Translations under genes and position numbers: made by a program | The notes under the pieces: generated by a model | The model's input: the letters and a program-made list of their open reading frames with translations, nothing else | Database searches by the model: none | What the model was told of the DNA's origin: nothing | Assembly: GCF_006345805.1 (NCBI RefSeq) | Contig: NC_043011.1 | Span: forward strand, 47,876,464-47,940,463 | Source of the DNA: Octopus sinensis | Lineage: Eukaryota | Length of the DNA stretch: 64,000 nt | Direction: 5' to 3' | In this document: in pieces, positions 51,526 to 64,000 of the stretch | Layout of the letters: the number at the start of each line of letters is the position of its first letter | Numbering within the stretch: position 1 is the stretch's first letter

Positions 51526-52051
51526 ATATGTATATATGTATGAATGATTGCCTGCAGTGACAAAAGCGAACAGTGCGATCCAAGAGATAGCTGAATAAAC
51601 AAAGCAGAAATAATAGATGGTACGGCAAGTATAATTTCGCATGATCTGTGAAAATTGGGTTATTTTGTACCAAAAAGTATGGAAGCGAAATAGCTACTTA
51701 TTGAACTCAGCACCAAATTGCATTGTACCGATAATATATTATTGCTATTACGATGGTAAACAAATCATTTAAGGAAATATAAATGCTTCTAATGAAAGTA
51801 TAAACAAGCTCAGTAGAACAATCTGGAAGATCGGCTCAATTTGCTAATACTGACAATGAAATCTGCTTTGATTCTTCTTGTCAACAGAGTTGTCCACTGA
51901 GACAGTAATATTATATTATCTCTTCCGTTTATATCTGCGGGATTATCCTGACAACTAGAGAGAGAGAGAGAGAGAGAGAGAATTACAAGATGGGGAAGGA
52001 AGGATTTTGACATTGCTTTCTGCTGGAGAGAAGGAGGCAGGAGAAGGGGTA

Positions 52052-52342
52052 TGAAGAAGAAGAAGAAGAAGAAGAAGAAGAAGAAGAAGAAGATGAAGAA
52101 GAAGAAGAAGAAAAAGATGAAGAAGAAGAAGATGAAGAAGAAGATGAAGAAGAAGAAGAAGAAGAAGAAGAAGAAGAAGATAAGAAGAAGAAGAAGAAGA
52201 AAAGAGAAGAAGAAGAGAAGAAGAAGAAGAAGAAGAAGAAGAAAAGAAGAAGAAGAAGAAGAAGAAAAGAGAAGAAGAAGAAGAAGAAGAAGAAGAAGAA
52301 GAAGAAGAAGAAGAGAAGAAGAAGAAGAAGAAGAAGAAGAAG
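52052..52342. repeat. (GAA)n trinucleotide tract, ~290 bp
   Basis: Directly visible, with rare GAT/GA interruptions. Confidence 0.97.
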
Positions 52343-52802
52343 CATCTCTGCTGGTATGCCAAAATTCTACCACTCTCCCACATATAGAGCAACATGAAAT
52401 GAAGTGTTTTGCTGAAAGAACACAACATGCTGCCTGGTCTGGGAACTGAACTCACAATCTAGCAATCGTGAGGGCAACACCCTAACCAGTACACAAGCAA
52501 TATAACAACACAATATAGTAACACAAACTTCAAGAAATAGCAGCATACATGCCTCAAATCACACCTTACAATCTTGGAAAAGAATGATATATTGGACTGT
52601 GTACCAGGTTGTACTAGAAAAAAATAAAGATAAATATTTACTACTGGAATGCTTTTGATCATAGATCTGCTTCATTAAAGATGACCTTAAGATAAACAAC
52701 CATACCAGAATTAGTGTCAAACTGTTGACCCATAAACAAGTTGATGGTACCGTCACTGATATGATTTACTTAGTCATTTACTGTTGATTTCACTGACTGC
52801 AG

Positions 52803-52869
52803 AATCTTCGAGATTATGTTCAGAGACAGTTAAATATAGAAGACAACGACATATTTTTCAAATCAAAAT
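52803..52869 (+). CDS. Candidate plus-strand exon NLRDYVQRQLNIEDNDIFFKSK
   Basis: Acceptor gatttcactgactgcag, donor AAT/gtaaga; no homology recognised. Confidence 0.25.
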
Positions 52870-54036
52870 GTAAGATTTGGTTTCCTGCTAGCATTGACAA
52901 ATATTCTTAATTAGGTAATTATCACTGGCAACTCATGGTGAGATAATATTGGAGGGGCGGCAGGGAAGATGAAGCATGAAGAAATGAAAGAAGAAGCGGA
53001 GGAATCGAACAAAGAATCTGAAGAAAATGAAAGAGAAAAAGGGAAAGGAAGAGGATGATGACGATGATGATGATGAGGAGGAGGAGAGGAGGAGGAGGAG
53101 GAGGAGGAGTCAATATCAATAATAGCCAGAGATGAAACAAAAATCCTGTGATGAGACAGCATTGATAAAATGAACTAATTATCTCATCTTTGGTTTGAAG
53201 TTTCTGTCAGTAACAAGTTTACATCTGCTGTTTAGACAGATGCTCAGATGGTCTGTCATCTGTATCAAGTTTACATCTGTTGCACAAACAGATGGTCAAT
53301 CGGTGTATTTCTTTTCTAGATCTGTTGTTCCAAAAGATGATCAATATACCAGGGTACGAAGTCTACAACATCTGGACAACCAGATTGTCAAACAGCATAT
53401 GAAGTAGTAGTAGTAATGGTGGTGGTGGTGGTAGTGGCAGCAGCGGTGGTGATGGTGATGGTGGTGGTGGTGGTGGCTGTGGTGGTGGTGCTGGTGGTGG
53501 TGGCTGTGGTGGTGGTGTACTGTGTGGTTAAGTGCATGTAAAAAAAAAACGAAGATATCAGATGTGTCCTTCCTGTTTTAAAACAGCAGTGTACAATTTG
53601 AAGGAGATTTGGCTGCTATTTCCGGCATTTCAGTTGACCACTGCTTGAGACTAATCCACTGACCCCAGGGGGAGATTCCCTTTTCGCTCCTTGTAACAAA
53701 TTCTGTTATTCAGTAGGGTGTTGTACAGTTTTGTGCCAGCTCAGTGAATGGTAGAGTTGGAAAAAGTGAAATAAAAGACTTTCTTGATTGACAACAGAGA
53801 AATGTGTGAAAAGATCTATAAAAACTACCTACTTCATTAATGGTACACTCATTGTGTAGGTATAACTTTGCTGTAACTGACAGTAAAAGAGTGGTATGTG
53901 GAGACTACACAAACCTGCGTGAATAAGTGTGTTTGTGTGTGTGCATGCATGTGTGTATGTGTGTGAATATATACATATGTAAATATATACATTCACACAC
54001 ATATATACATACATACATATATAAATACATATATAC

Positions 54037-54082
<46 letters not shown>

Positions 54083-54434
54083 GTATATAAAATACATACA
54101 ATATTTCAGTGTATATATTTTAAGAATGTAAGTTAATAGTTATTGCCTGTTCATTTATAAATTTAGCATACGAGTGTATATATTGCGTGTGTATATATAC
54201 ATGTGTTTGTGTATTTGTGTGTGCTTTATTTTGTATTTTATTGGCAAAATAACTCATCCATGATACAATATATATATATATATGAGTGTGTATGAGAGTG
54301 TGTGTGTGTGATAGAGCCATACATTCACATGTATATTCACATATATATATATATATAAATATATATATTTACACACACATATATATATATATTTACAAAT
54401 ATATACATCACAACACACCTGCTTATAAACTTAC

Positions 54435-54539
54435 CTGTCCACACCTGTGCATTGATAGTCCGTGACAGAACTGTATATCAAAGTGTATCACTTTCATGCC
54501 AACCACATAAAATTTTCTGTACCAATTGATGTGGCAAGT
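54435..54539 (-). CDS. Candidate 105-nt exon (phase 0: TCHINWYRKFYVVGMKVIHFDIQFCHGLSMHRCGQ)
   Basis: Consensus minus donor CAG/GTAAGT, acceptor caatcactgtttaacag; coding status uncertain. Confidence 0.35.
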
Positions 54540-54691
54540 CTGTTAAACAGTGATTGCAATGCTAATGTTATATATATGATACATTCACACTTATATGCAT
54601 ACATTTCACCCACAACTATATACAAGTATCTTCTATCAATATATACATACATGTATATATATATATATATATTTTTTACTTTTACTTTTAC

Positions 54692-54924
54692 ATTTATTCA
54701 TTTCAGTCATTTGACTGTGGCCATGCTGGGGCACAACCGTTAGTTGAGCAAATCGACTGCAGGGCTTATTCTTTGTAAGCCTATTACTTATTCTATCACT
54801 CACTCTTGCCGAACCGCTAAGTGACGGGGACGTAAACACAGCAGCATTAGTTGTCAAGTGATGTTGGGTGGGGGACACAAACACAGACACACAAACATAT
54901 ACATATGCACACACACATACATGC

Positions 54925-54955
<31 letters not shown>

Positions 54956-55130
54956 TCTATATATACACGATGGGCTTCTTTCAGTTTCTGTCTACTAAAT
55001 CCACTCACAAGGCTTTGGTCGGCCCAAGGCTATAGTAGAAGACACTTGCCCAAGGTGCCATGCAGTGGGACTGAACCCGGAACCATGTGGTTGGTTAGCA
55101 AGCTACTTACCACACAGCCATTCCTGCACC
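54692..55130 (-). mobile_element. SINE family A, full length
   Basis: Tail, microsatellite and head all present in reverse orientation. Confidence 0.9.
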
Positions 55131-55509
55131 TATGTTCTTCATAATCTAAGTACAGACACCATGTAAGGATTGAAATTACACTGCTGACTAGGGTAAACTA
55201 TAGGACCACATTGATTTCAGGTGAATTGTTGCTCTCTGCTGCCACTGCCACTACCACTGCTGCCACTGCCACTACCACTGCTGCCACTACCACTGCTGCC
55301 GTTGCTGCTGCTGCTGCTGCTGACGATTTTATGGATGATGATGATGATGATGATGATGATATTAACTTTTGGATTCACCAAAAGCCATTTCTATTAAACA
55401 GTCTATTGAAGTTTGTGCCATAAAAATAAACGTTTGTACCGTCTATAAATCTGCACCACAACGACTACCATATCAGATACTGTCATTAACCAGCATTGGT
55501 GCTGCTGCT

Positions 55510-55526
55510 ATACTACTATTACTACA

Positions 55527-55585
<59 letters not shown>

Positions 55586-55860
55586 CACCACCACCGCCAC
55601 CACCACTACTGCTACTACTATTACAACTGTTGCTGCTACTACTATTACAAGTACCACCACCACCACAACTACTGCAACTACAACCACCACCACCACCACC
55701 ACCACCACTACTACTACTACCACCACTACTACTACTTATACTATCTCCACTATCAACATAAATACTACTACTAATGCACCAGCCCCACCACCACCACCAC
55801 CACCACCACCACCATCACAACTATCACCACCACCGTCCCTCCACCACACCAATGCTACTA
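55510..55860. repeat. Compound (CTA)n/(CCA)n trinucleotide field
   Basis: Visible; source of the poly-Y/H/P/V ORFs. Confidence 0.95.
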
Positions 55861-56295
55861 CTAATACATACTAAATGTACCTATTTTTGTTAATTCATTC
55901 TTGGTTATCAAGAAAATCATATGAGCAAAGATAAGTAAATACAAAAAAAAAGGGGCAAAAATAGGAATAGTGTAGGGTGAAGTGGGTGTGCTGTTGTGAA
56001 GTCCCACCCATGCTATCATGGAAGGTGGATGCTAAATGTTGATGATGATGATGATGTGGGATGGGGACAGGTTCTTACTGCAAACCTACAGCTGCATTTT
56101 TAAAACAAGCTCATTTAACCATTACAATTTTACACTTCTGCCTAACGATCATAAACTTAACCAGACAGAAGCAGCTCCTTCTTAATGGTCACCTTTCTTC
56201 CCATGCAGTATTAAAGAAATTGATGCAAACATGGCCTGGTCAGATATTTCTTGGAATAAGGCAAGAAGGTCAGGCAATAGTATACTGCTGAAGTA

Positions 56296-56415
56296 ATGTA
56301 CCAAAAATCCTCGAGTATAGTCCGCCCTTGAGTATAATACGCAGGTGATTTTTAGGGGGCTGTACAGCTGAAAATGCTAAACCTTGTGTATAATACGCAC
56401 CCCTTCTCTAACTTG
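56296..56415. mobile_element. pogo/Tigger-like terminal fragment
   Basis: TAcc..aatcctcgagtatagtccgc, then repeated tataatacgca motifs, similar from memory to pogo-family subterminal repeats. Confidence 0.45.
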
Positions 56416-56617
56416 AGTCCATTCATGAATTTATTTATTTATTAATTTTTTTAAATACATATTTTACCTGTGAATTTGCGTGTGTAATCTGGGGATGCAT
56501 ACAATGAGCTTCTCTGCCTTAGGTGTAAGGAAAACACCCAGCAAAAAGTGGAAGAAAATTTGAAGGAAGAAGGAAAAAATAATGATGAGGATGATGATGA
56601 TGATGATATTTTCTATG

Positions 56618-57105
56618 ATAAGCACAAGGCCTAAAATTTTGAGGAGTGGTATAGTCGATTACATTGACTCCAGTGTTTAACTGGTATTTATTCTACGTCC
56701 CTAAATGTATGAGAGACAAATTAAACCTTGGCAGAATTTGAACTCAGAACGTAAAGACACATGAAATGTTGTGAAGAATTTTGTCTGGAATGCTAACAAT
56801 TCCACCAGCTCGCCACCTTAATAACGATTCTTTCATCGTTTCTTTATAACAATAATGATTTAATAATAAAAACAACAACAACAACAATAACAAAATTTTT
56901 TTACTATAGGCATAAGATCAGAAATTTTGGGTGAGATAGGTAAGTTGATTGCATCCACACCTGTACTTGACCGATGCATTATTTTATTGACCTCGAAAGA
57001 AGGGAAGGTAAAGTCGAGTTTGGAAGAATTTGAGCTCTGGACGAAAAGTGCTGGGAGAAATATTGCTAAGCATCATGTCTGTCATACAAACGATTTTGCC
57101 AGCTC
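56618..57105 (-). mobile_element. Two diverged SINE family B (tail type 2) copies (56618-56822, 56900-57105)
   Basis: cacaaggcctaaaatttt...gaatttgaactcagaacg...ccagctcgccacc. Confidence 0.75.
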
Positions 57106-57559
57106 AAATAATAACACCACCACCACCAACAACAACAACAACAGCAACTGCAGCAACAAGTAAACATTGGGCTTTTAAAATATACATATATTATATATAT
57201 ATATATGTATGTATATGTGTGTGTGTATACATATATTCATATATATATATATATATATATACATATATCTATTTATATATATATATATATGTATATATAT
57301 TCCTTTTTTTATATTCCATTCTGTAAGTCACATACTGACACAACAATTCAGTAATTGTGGGAGTAGATGTGTATGGGGGGGGGGGCAGTGTGTGTGTGTG
57401 TGTGCGTGTGTGTGCATGCATGTGTGCTGGGAGCAAGGTATTCAAGCCTTCCTTCCTTTCTTCCCCAGCTACTCACTCTCTTTCCTTCTTTCTTTCTTTC
57501 CTTTCTTCCATCCTTTCATTGTTATGGAAAAAAAAGTAAGCCCAACAAAGCAGACTATA

Positions 57560-57561
57560 GT

Positions 57562-57616
<55 letters not shown>

Positions 57617-57875
57617 GTAATAATAATAATGATAATAATATAATAATAATAATAATAATAGTAATAATAGTAATAATAATAATAATAATAATAGGTAAAT
57701 AGAATGGAATAGCAACATATTCTTTGAAAACAATCTGAATCTAGAATCATAAGTGAAGTTCTTCACTAATGTTTAACTATTAGAAGAAGCACAAAGAACA
57801 ACAACAACAACAACAACAACAACTGCAATAATAATGATTTCTAATGGTAATAGAAACGATAATAAAATAGCTATC

Positions 57876-57909
<34 letters not shown>

Positions 57910-57932
57910 TAATAATAATGATAATAATAATA

Positions 57933-57984
<52 letters not shown>

Positions 57985-57990
57985 AGTAAT
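57560..57990. repeat. (AAT)n tracts
   Basis: Visible at 57560-57695 and 57860-57990. Confidence 0.95.
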
Positions 57991-58714
57991 GGTGAATACA
58001 AATAAAACATGTGGATTACAACTACAACAGCCAAATTTAGCAGAGCAATTATATACTGAGGTGAGGTGAGGTGGGGGGGGAAATGGTTCAGGTATTTTAA
58101 TCGTTTATGATATGTGGCATTATGTGTAAAGCATTGATTTTTGTAAAGACCATAGAAATTGTAACAATGAAAACAAGCTTTAGCTTAATGGTAGCGGTCC
58201 TCGACAAAATGAACCCTTGCAAAACAGCTCTTTAAAAAGCAGGGTTCCATGGAAGTTAACATAGCAAATCTACTAAGCTATGTTGAATGAGACAAATTCA
58301 GCGACAATAGAGAAATGTGGGGGCGTGAAAGTGTTTCTTTAAACAAAACAATGTCCTCTGTCACCCCTGCAATTAAGTCATCATTCCGTTTCATAATTAA
58401 GTAAACACGTTCACACAGTCAAGTGCATATTTGCCTATGCACACATGTGCACATAAGTGCATACATGCACACTCACATATATACACATATATACATGAAG
58501 AGACAGGAGGAGTGAGATATAAAGAGAGAGGGAAATGGAGAGAAGAAAAGAGATGGAAAAAGCAAGCCAAATAGCAAGCAGGTAAGCATTTAAAAATAAC
58601 TAATTTACAAAGAATTTGTAAGCATGCTCTAGAGTAATAGGTAACGAGGTTACCCATATGTTTGTATGCACTTATGTATGGAACTGTATACATACATTAT
58701 GTATAGAACTGTAT

Positions 58715-59101
58715 GGAGGTGCAATGGCCCAGTGGTTAGGGCAGCGAACTCGCGGTCATAGGATCACGGTTTCGATTCCCAGACCGGGCGTTGTGAGTGT
58801 TTATTGAGCGAAAACACCTAAAGCTCCACAAGGCTCCGGCAGGGGATGGTGGTGATCCCTGCTGTACTCTTTCACCACAACTCTCTCTCTCTCTCTCTTA
58901 CTTCCTGTTTCTGTTGTACCTGTATTTCAAAGGGCCGGCCTTGTCACTCCCTGTGTCACGCTGAATCTCCCTGAGAACTACGTTAAGGGTACACGTGTCT
59001 GTGGAGTGCTCAGCCACTTACACGTTAATTTCACGAGCAGGCTGTTCCGTTGATTTGGATCAACCGGAACCCTCGTCGTCGGAACCGACGGAGTGCTTCC
59101 A
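58715..59101 (+). mobile_element. SINE family C, full length (tRNA-Arg-like head)
   Basis: A box tggcccagtgg, loop actcgcgg (GCG), B box ggtttcgattccc, unique body ending cgacggagtgcttcc. Confidence 0.92.
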
Positions 59102-59333
59102 TACATACATGTAGTATGCATGTAGGTATACATGGAAGGTGGACATTAAACAATGATGAGGATGATGATGAAGGCCAACAATTTCATGAGGTGAGGCTAA
59201 GTGAATCACATCAACCCCAGTACTCAACTGGTACTTATTTTGTTGACTCTCAAAAGGATGAAAACCTCAGCAGAGTATGATAACAGAATAATATTGACAT
59301 CTTATATATCAATTCATTTATACTTTAACTTGT

Positions 59334-59565
59334 GGAGGCGCGTGGCTTAGTGGTTAGGGTGTCAGCATCATGATCATAAGATTGTGGTTTCAATTCCAGG
59401 ACTGGGCGACTCGTTGTGTTCTTCAGCAAAACACTTCATTTCACGTTGCTCCAGTCCACTCAGCTGGCAAAAATGAATAACACTGCGATGGACTGGTGTC
59501 CTGTCCAGCTGGGGAATGCATATGCCATTGAAACCAGGAAACCGGGCCCATGAGCCTGGTCGGGC
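59334..59565 (+). mobile_element. SINE family D
   Basis: tRNA head (atcatga loop), centre tgcgatggactggtgtcctgtccagctgggg. Confidence 0.85.
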
Positions 59566-60478
59566 TTTATTTTTTATTTTATACTTTAACTTGTTTCGGA
59601 TACTGGATTGAGGTCATGCTGGGGCACCACATAAGTCGATCATATTGATTTCAGTATTTATAGTTTTTATTTTATTGGGTTTTTTTACTTGTTAAATTGC
59701 TGTTTAGATTCTTCACACCTTTGCAATAGATGATACCTAAAGCCGTGCTTCATTTTCAGTGACCGCACAGGAGAAGATATATTTAGTGAACAATGCAGTT
59801 AATAAATAAATAGGATATCAATGTTGAAAACAGAGGTTTTACTTCCATGTGTTGACCATGAAGAATATTAATCATATACCTATATACTACATCTGCTATT
59901 AACCTTTACACTGAACACAATAAAACCAAACACAGATAAATATATACACTTAGATAAAACAAAACCATAAGAAGAGCAGCAGCAACAACTACAAAACCCC
60001 AACAACAATAATAGCTAAGAACAGCAACAGCCCCAGCAGAAGCTGCAATAACAACAACAGCAATAACTGAAAACAACAACCATTAAATGAAACAGGAACA
60101 GTAACAACAACAACAGTAGGAGCATAATAAAATTGAAGCATTAAAATGCATATAGTGTTGAGAAGTTGAAGAATTCGCAGCCATGAAATGATGCGCTTTC
60201 AAACTAATGTCTGATAATTTGTGGTCAAACAGTCCGCTCACCGAAATTATATGCTAAGATTAAGACAGGTTTTATAACTAAAATGTCAAGTCTTTATTCT
60301 TATGCTGTCAACTGGTAAATATACAAAGGTCACCGTTCATAGAATGGTATAAGAAAATAAAAGAGTTTTATTTTATTTCATTTAATTTTATCTCATTTAG
60401 TTTATTTATAAAGGATTCCAGCCTTGGAAAGTAAGGTCATAAAATTCAACCAATGAGAAAGACAACAACAACAACAAC

Positions 60479-60479
<1 letters not shown>

Positions 60480-60525
<46 letters not shown>

Positions 60526-60775
60526 TTATAATTTCTTTTGTTATAGGCACAAGACTAGATTTTTGGGGGAGGGGTAGCAAGTTGATTACACCAATCACAG
60601 AATGCAGTTGGTACTAAGTTCATTGACCCTGAAAGGATAAAAGGTGAAGTTGATCTTGGGATTAGAACTCAGGACGTAAAGACAGACGAAATACCTCTAA
60701 TCATTTTTCTGGTACACTAGTGATTTTCCCACCTCACTGCTTAATAATAATAATAAAATAATAATAATAATAATA

Positions 60776-60817
<42 letters not shown>

Positions 60818-60897
60818 TGATGATGATGATGATAATAATAATAATAATAATAATAATTATAATAATAATAATAATAATAATAATTATAATAATTATA

Positions 60898-60950
<53 letters not shown>
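60480..60950. repeat. (AAT)n field with embedded SINE B (60535-60742, minus)
   Basis: Visible AAT arrays either side of a family B remnant. Confidence 0.85.
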
Positions 60951-60951
<1 letters not shown>

Positions 60952-61197
60952 GGCTACTCAACCTGAAGAGGCTACTCAACCTGAAGAGGCTACTCAACCT
61001 GAAGAAAATTCTAACTGGGCCCCACCTGCAAGGTCATGTGCTGTTTATCTGATATGAGATCACCATGTCGCGCACATATGGTTGTGATGCATGTGCCTGG
61101 TGTACCTTATCAGACGGGTAGTCATGATGGGTATATTGGGCTTCGTATATTTTACCCCAGTGTCACTTGATGGCATGAACTGCTCTCTCACTCAATG
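60952..61197 (+). repeat. Element between AAT arrays starting with 3 x 18-bp GGCTACTCAACCTGAAGA
   Basis: Exact triplication at 60952-61005, then ~190 bp of higher-GC sequence ending in (ATA)n; identity unknown. Confidence 0.55.
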
Positions 61198-61218
61198 ATA
61201 ATAATAATAATAATAATA

Positions 61219-61500
61219 AAAGACCTGGAAATAGAAGTAGCTCGAATGTGGAATCTAAAAACAGAAACAATTCCTATCATATTAGGTGCATTAGGTATGA
61301 TTAAAAATATATATAACATACAGAAAATTGCACTACTGGGCACTGCACACATCCTACACAAAACACTTTCAATACAGTAACCATAAGAGCATCACAGCAA
61401 ACCACAGCACATACCCAAAGCACACAGAGCTGCACTCGGTAGTGAAGTGAAAGCACGCTATAAAAATAAAACTACTGAATAATAATAATAATAATAATAA
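61219..61500 (+). pseudogene. 3' end of an RLE-type (R4/Dong-like) LINE in (AAT)n
   Basis: KDLEIEVARMWNLKTETIPIILGALGMIK/NIYNIQKIALLGTAHILHKTLSIQ*, matching the KY.DL..E / IPIVxGALG / QKxALLGTAxIL C-terminus; 3' UTR, then (AAT)n. Confidence 0.8.
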
Positions 61501-61732
61501 TAATGGTTTTAAATTTTGCCACAAGGACACCCATTTTGGGGAAAGGTATGTGTCAGTTACATCAACCCTGGTGTTCAATTGCTACTTAATTTATTGACCT
61601 CGAAAAGATGAAAAGCAAGCAAAGTCGATCTCAGCAGAATTTGAACTCAAAATGTAACAAAAGACAAAACACTGCTAAGCATTTTGCCCAGCATGCTAAT
61701 AGTGACTCTGCCAGCTCAATGCCTTAAAGGTT

Positions 61733-62381
61733 GATAAGTATGGAGACCTGAGAATTGAAATTGCTAAGATGTGGCAGCTATGAGAGTCAAACATAAAGTT
61801 TATCCCTATTGTCATCAGAGCATTGGGTTCAATCCTGCTCAACCTCAAGAAACATCCGGGAACCTTAGAAATACCCTACAATCTTTGTGTATTGCAAAAG
61901 TCAGCATCACATAGGTGTAGGAGTGGCTGTGTGGTAAGTAGCTTGATTACCAACGACATGGTTCCGGGTTCAGTCCCACTGCGTGACACCTTGGGCAAGT
62001 GTCTTCTACTATAGCCTCGGGCTGACCAAAGCCTTGTGAGTGGATTTGGCAGACAGAAACTGAAAGAAGCCCATCGTATATATATATATATAATATATAT
62101 ATATATGTATGTGTGTGTATATGTTTGTGTGTCTGTTTGTCCCTCCAGCATCGCTTGACAACCGATGGTGGTGTGTTTACGTCCCCCGTAACTTAGCAGT
62201 TCGGCAAAAGAGACAGATAGAATAAGTACTAGGCATCCAAAGAATAAGTCCTAGGGTCGATTTGCTCGACTAAAGGCAGTGCTCCAGCATGGCCACAGTC
62301 AGATGCCTGAAACAAGTAAAAGAGTAAAAGAGAGTATCACTTGGAACTGCATGCATATTGCATAGAGTACTGTCTGTCTGA
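61733..62381 (+). pseudogene. Second RLE-type LINE 3' end, split by a full SINE family A (61911-62335)
   Basis: DKYGDLRIEIAKMWQL*ESNIKFIPIVIRALGSILLNLKKHPGTLEIPYNLCVLQKSAS[SINE]LGTACILHRVLSV*; atcac duplicated around the SINE. Confidence 0.82.
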
Positions 62382-62506
62382 GGTCCTTGTTGTGACTTGA
62401 CAAACAGAACAAACCCCTGATACACACAATATCTTCAATCAACAACCTCATGATACCCTTAAGACCAGGAACTTTTCAGCACCCCTTCGTAGATATGCTT
62501 GTTAGT

Positions 62507-63027
62507 GATGCTTGAGAGATAAGGATCAAGAACTATGTCAGTCCATCCTCACTTAAATATATTTGACCCTTGAGAGATAAGGATCAAGAACCGTGCCACT
62601 CCAACCTCACTTATATATATCTGGCCCTTGAGAGATAAGGATCAAGAACTATGCCAGTCCATCCTCACTTATATATATTTGACCCTTGAGGGATAAGGAT
62701 CAAGAAATATGTCAGTTCATCCTCCCTTATATATACTTGACCCTTGAGAGATAAGGATCAAGAACTATGCCACTCCATCTTCACTTAAATATATTTGACC
62801 CTTGAGAGATAAGGATCAAGTACTATGCCACTCCATACTCACTTATATTTATTTTGCTGCTTGTTTTAATCATTAGAATATGGTCATGCTGGGGCACTGC
62901 CTTGAAGAACTTTTAGTGAAATGAATCGAACCCAGTACTTCTGTTTTAAGCCTGTTTCTTATTCTGTTGATTTCTTTTGACCCTTGACAGATAAGGATCA
63001 AGAACTATGCCACTCCATCCTCACTCC
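62507..63027. repeat. 58-bp minisatellite (6 tandem units plus 1 displaced)
   Basis: gacccttgagagataaggatcaagaactatgccactccatcctcacttatatatattt starts at 62565, 62623, 62681, 62739, 62797; the last unit (~62978) follows a SINE A tail insert. Confidence 0.95.
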
Positions 63028-63549
63028 ATTTGGAACAACATGCTTGTGTGAATCTGGATTCAGTTCTTTATTGACAATCAGGACAACATCTAGGAATCAT
63101 CTAAATCCACAGGTCTGCCTGTGGTTCAGAAGCAGCAAGTAAGTTCTACATTTTGCTAAAAGTCATAAATGAAAATCAGGAACAAAGAAATTTATTGTAT
63201 TCTATGTTCACCATTATGACTGATTTTGCTGTTCACAGATTTTTTCTTTCTCCAGTGGTTCAATTTACATTAGTATTTTATGTACCGATTCAAAAAATTT
63301 AACCATTTTCTATTTTTTCTTCTTTTTGTACAGTTCAATCACTCAGAGTATTGTATGCGGTTCAATTAAAAAAAAAAAAGGAGGTATCAGGAAATCGGAT
63401 TTTTTTCATCTTCAAATGTGATATTACTTAGTAGGGGGTAGGAAAATTAATCAAACATTACTTCGGAGTGTGGGGCATAGAAGGGTTTGGCTCCAGTATG
63501 AATTGTAGTAGTGGTGGTGGTGGTGGTGCTAGTGGTGGTGGTGGTGGTG

Positions 63550-63596
<47 letters not shown>

Positions 63597-64000
63597 CTGT
63601 CAGTTACACTACAACTACAAAATGTCATTATGAATCAATAGTAAAAAAAAAATACGTCGGATCTCTCCCAGGTAGTCTTCCTGTTCATGCATGGAAGAAT
63701 ACAACTTTTCTTCTTACTGGAACATTCTCTTTTTATATTTCCGTATTTTTTGTTTTTATTCTGATAGTGTTTCACACTAAGCTATCAACCATCCATCCAT
63801 CTCTCTCTCTCTCTCTCTCTTTCCTTCTCTGTCGTACATGTTCTTCACTGCCTCTTTGATGTCCAAAACTTCCAACCGAGATGGTAATAGTGATCTCTAT
63901 CCATTAGAAAGCTTAGGAAACAAAAGCAGTTGTCAAAATAGAATTATATGATTTTCCTGTTGTTGTTGTTGTTGGTGTTGTTATTATTTAGTAACACCTC

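Noticed and set aside
52051-52449. Poly-K/R/E 132-aa ORF
   Set aside because: Simply (GAA)n; all frames are open for compositional reasons.
1293-57766. Most ORFs in the track ([12 protein letters not shown], poly-N/I/Y)
   Set aside because: Translations of di- and trinucleotide microsatellites or SINE sequence; no protein-like complexity.
58715-58790. tRNA genes at SINE heads
   Set aside because: A and B boxes are present, but each continues into a repeated SINE body and lacks a full cloverleaf.
62507-62850. CRISPR-like array
   Set aside because: Units are similar along their whole length with no unique spacers; eukaryotic context and no cas genes.

Overview
AT-rich (visibly) animal genomic DNA, most likely octopus; this is inferred from the SINE families and the extreme (TA)n/(TG)n/(AAT)n microsatellite load and was not verified by search. 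No full-length host gene can be identified. Essentially all ORFs in the track are microsatellite artefacts or SINE read-throughs. The window looks like the inside of a very large intron-rich locus, with a few candidate short exons, a microexon and a recursive-splice-like site. It is packed with four tRNA-derived SINE families, RTE-LINE 3' ends plus one RT fragment, a Tc1 deletion derivative, piggyBac-type MITEs (one self-nested), two R4/Dong-like LINE 3' ends, Penelope-like terminal repeats, two spacerless palindromes and a 58-bp minisatellite. The strongest novel signal is an intact type I hammerhead ribozyme fold at 2662-2736. A dispersed family of degenerate hammerhead-like motifs also occurs in (TA)n-embedded repeats that often carry inverted duplications.
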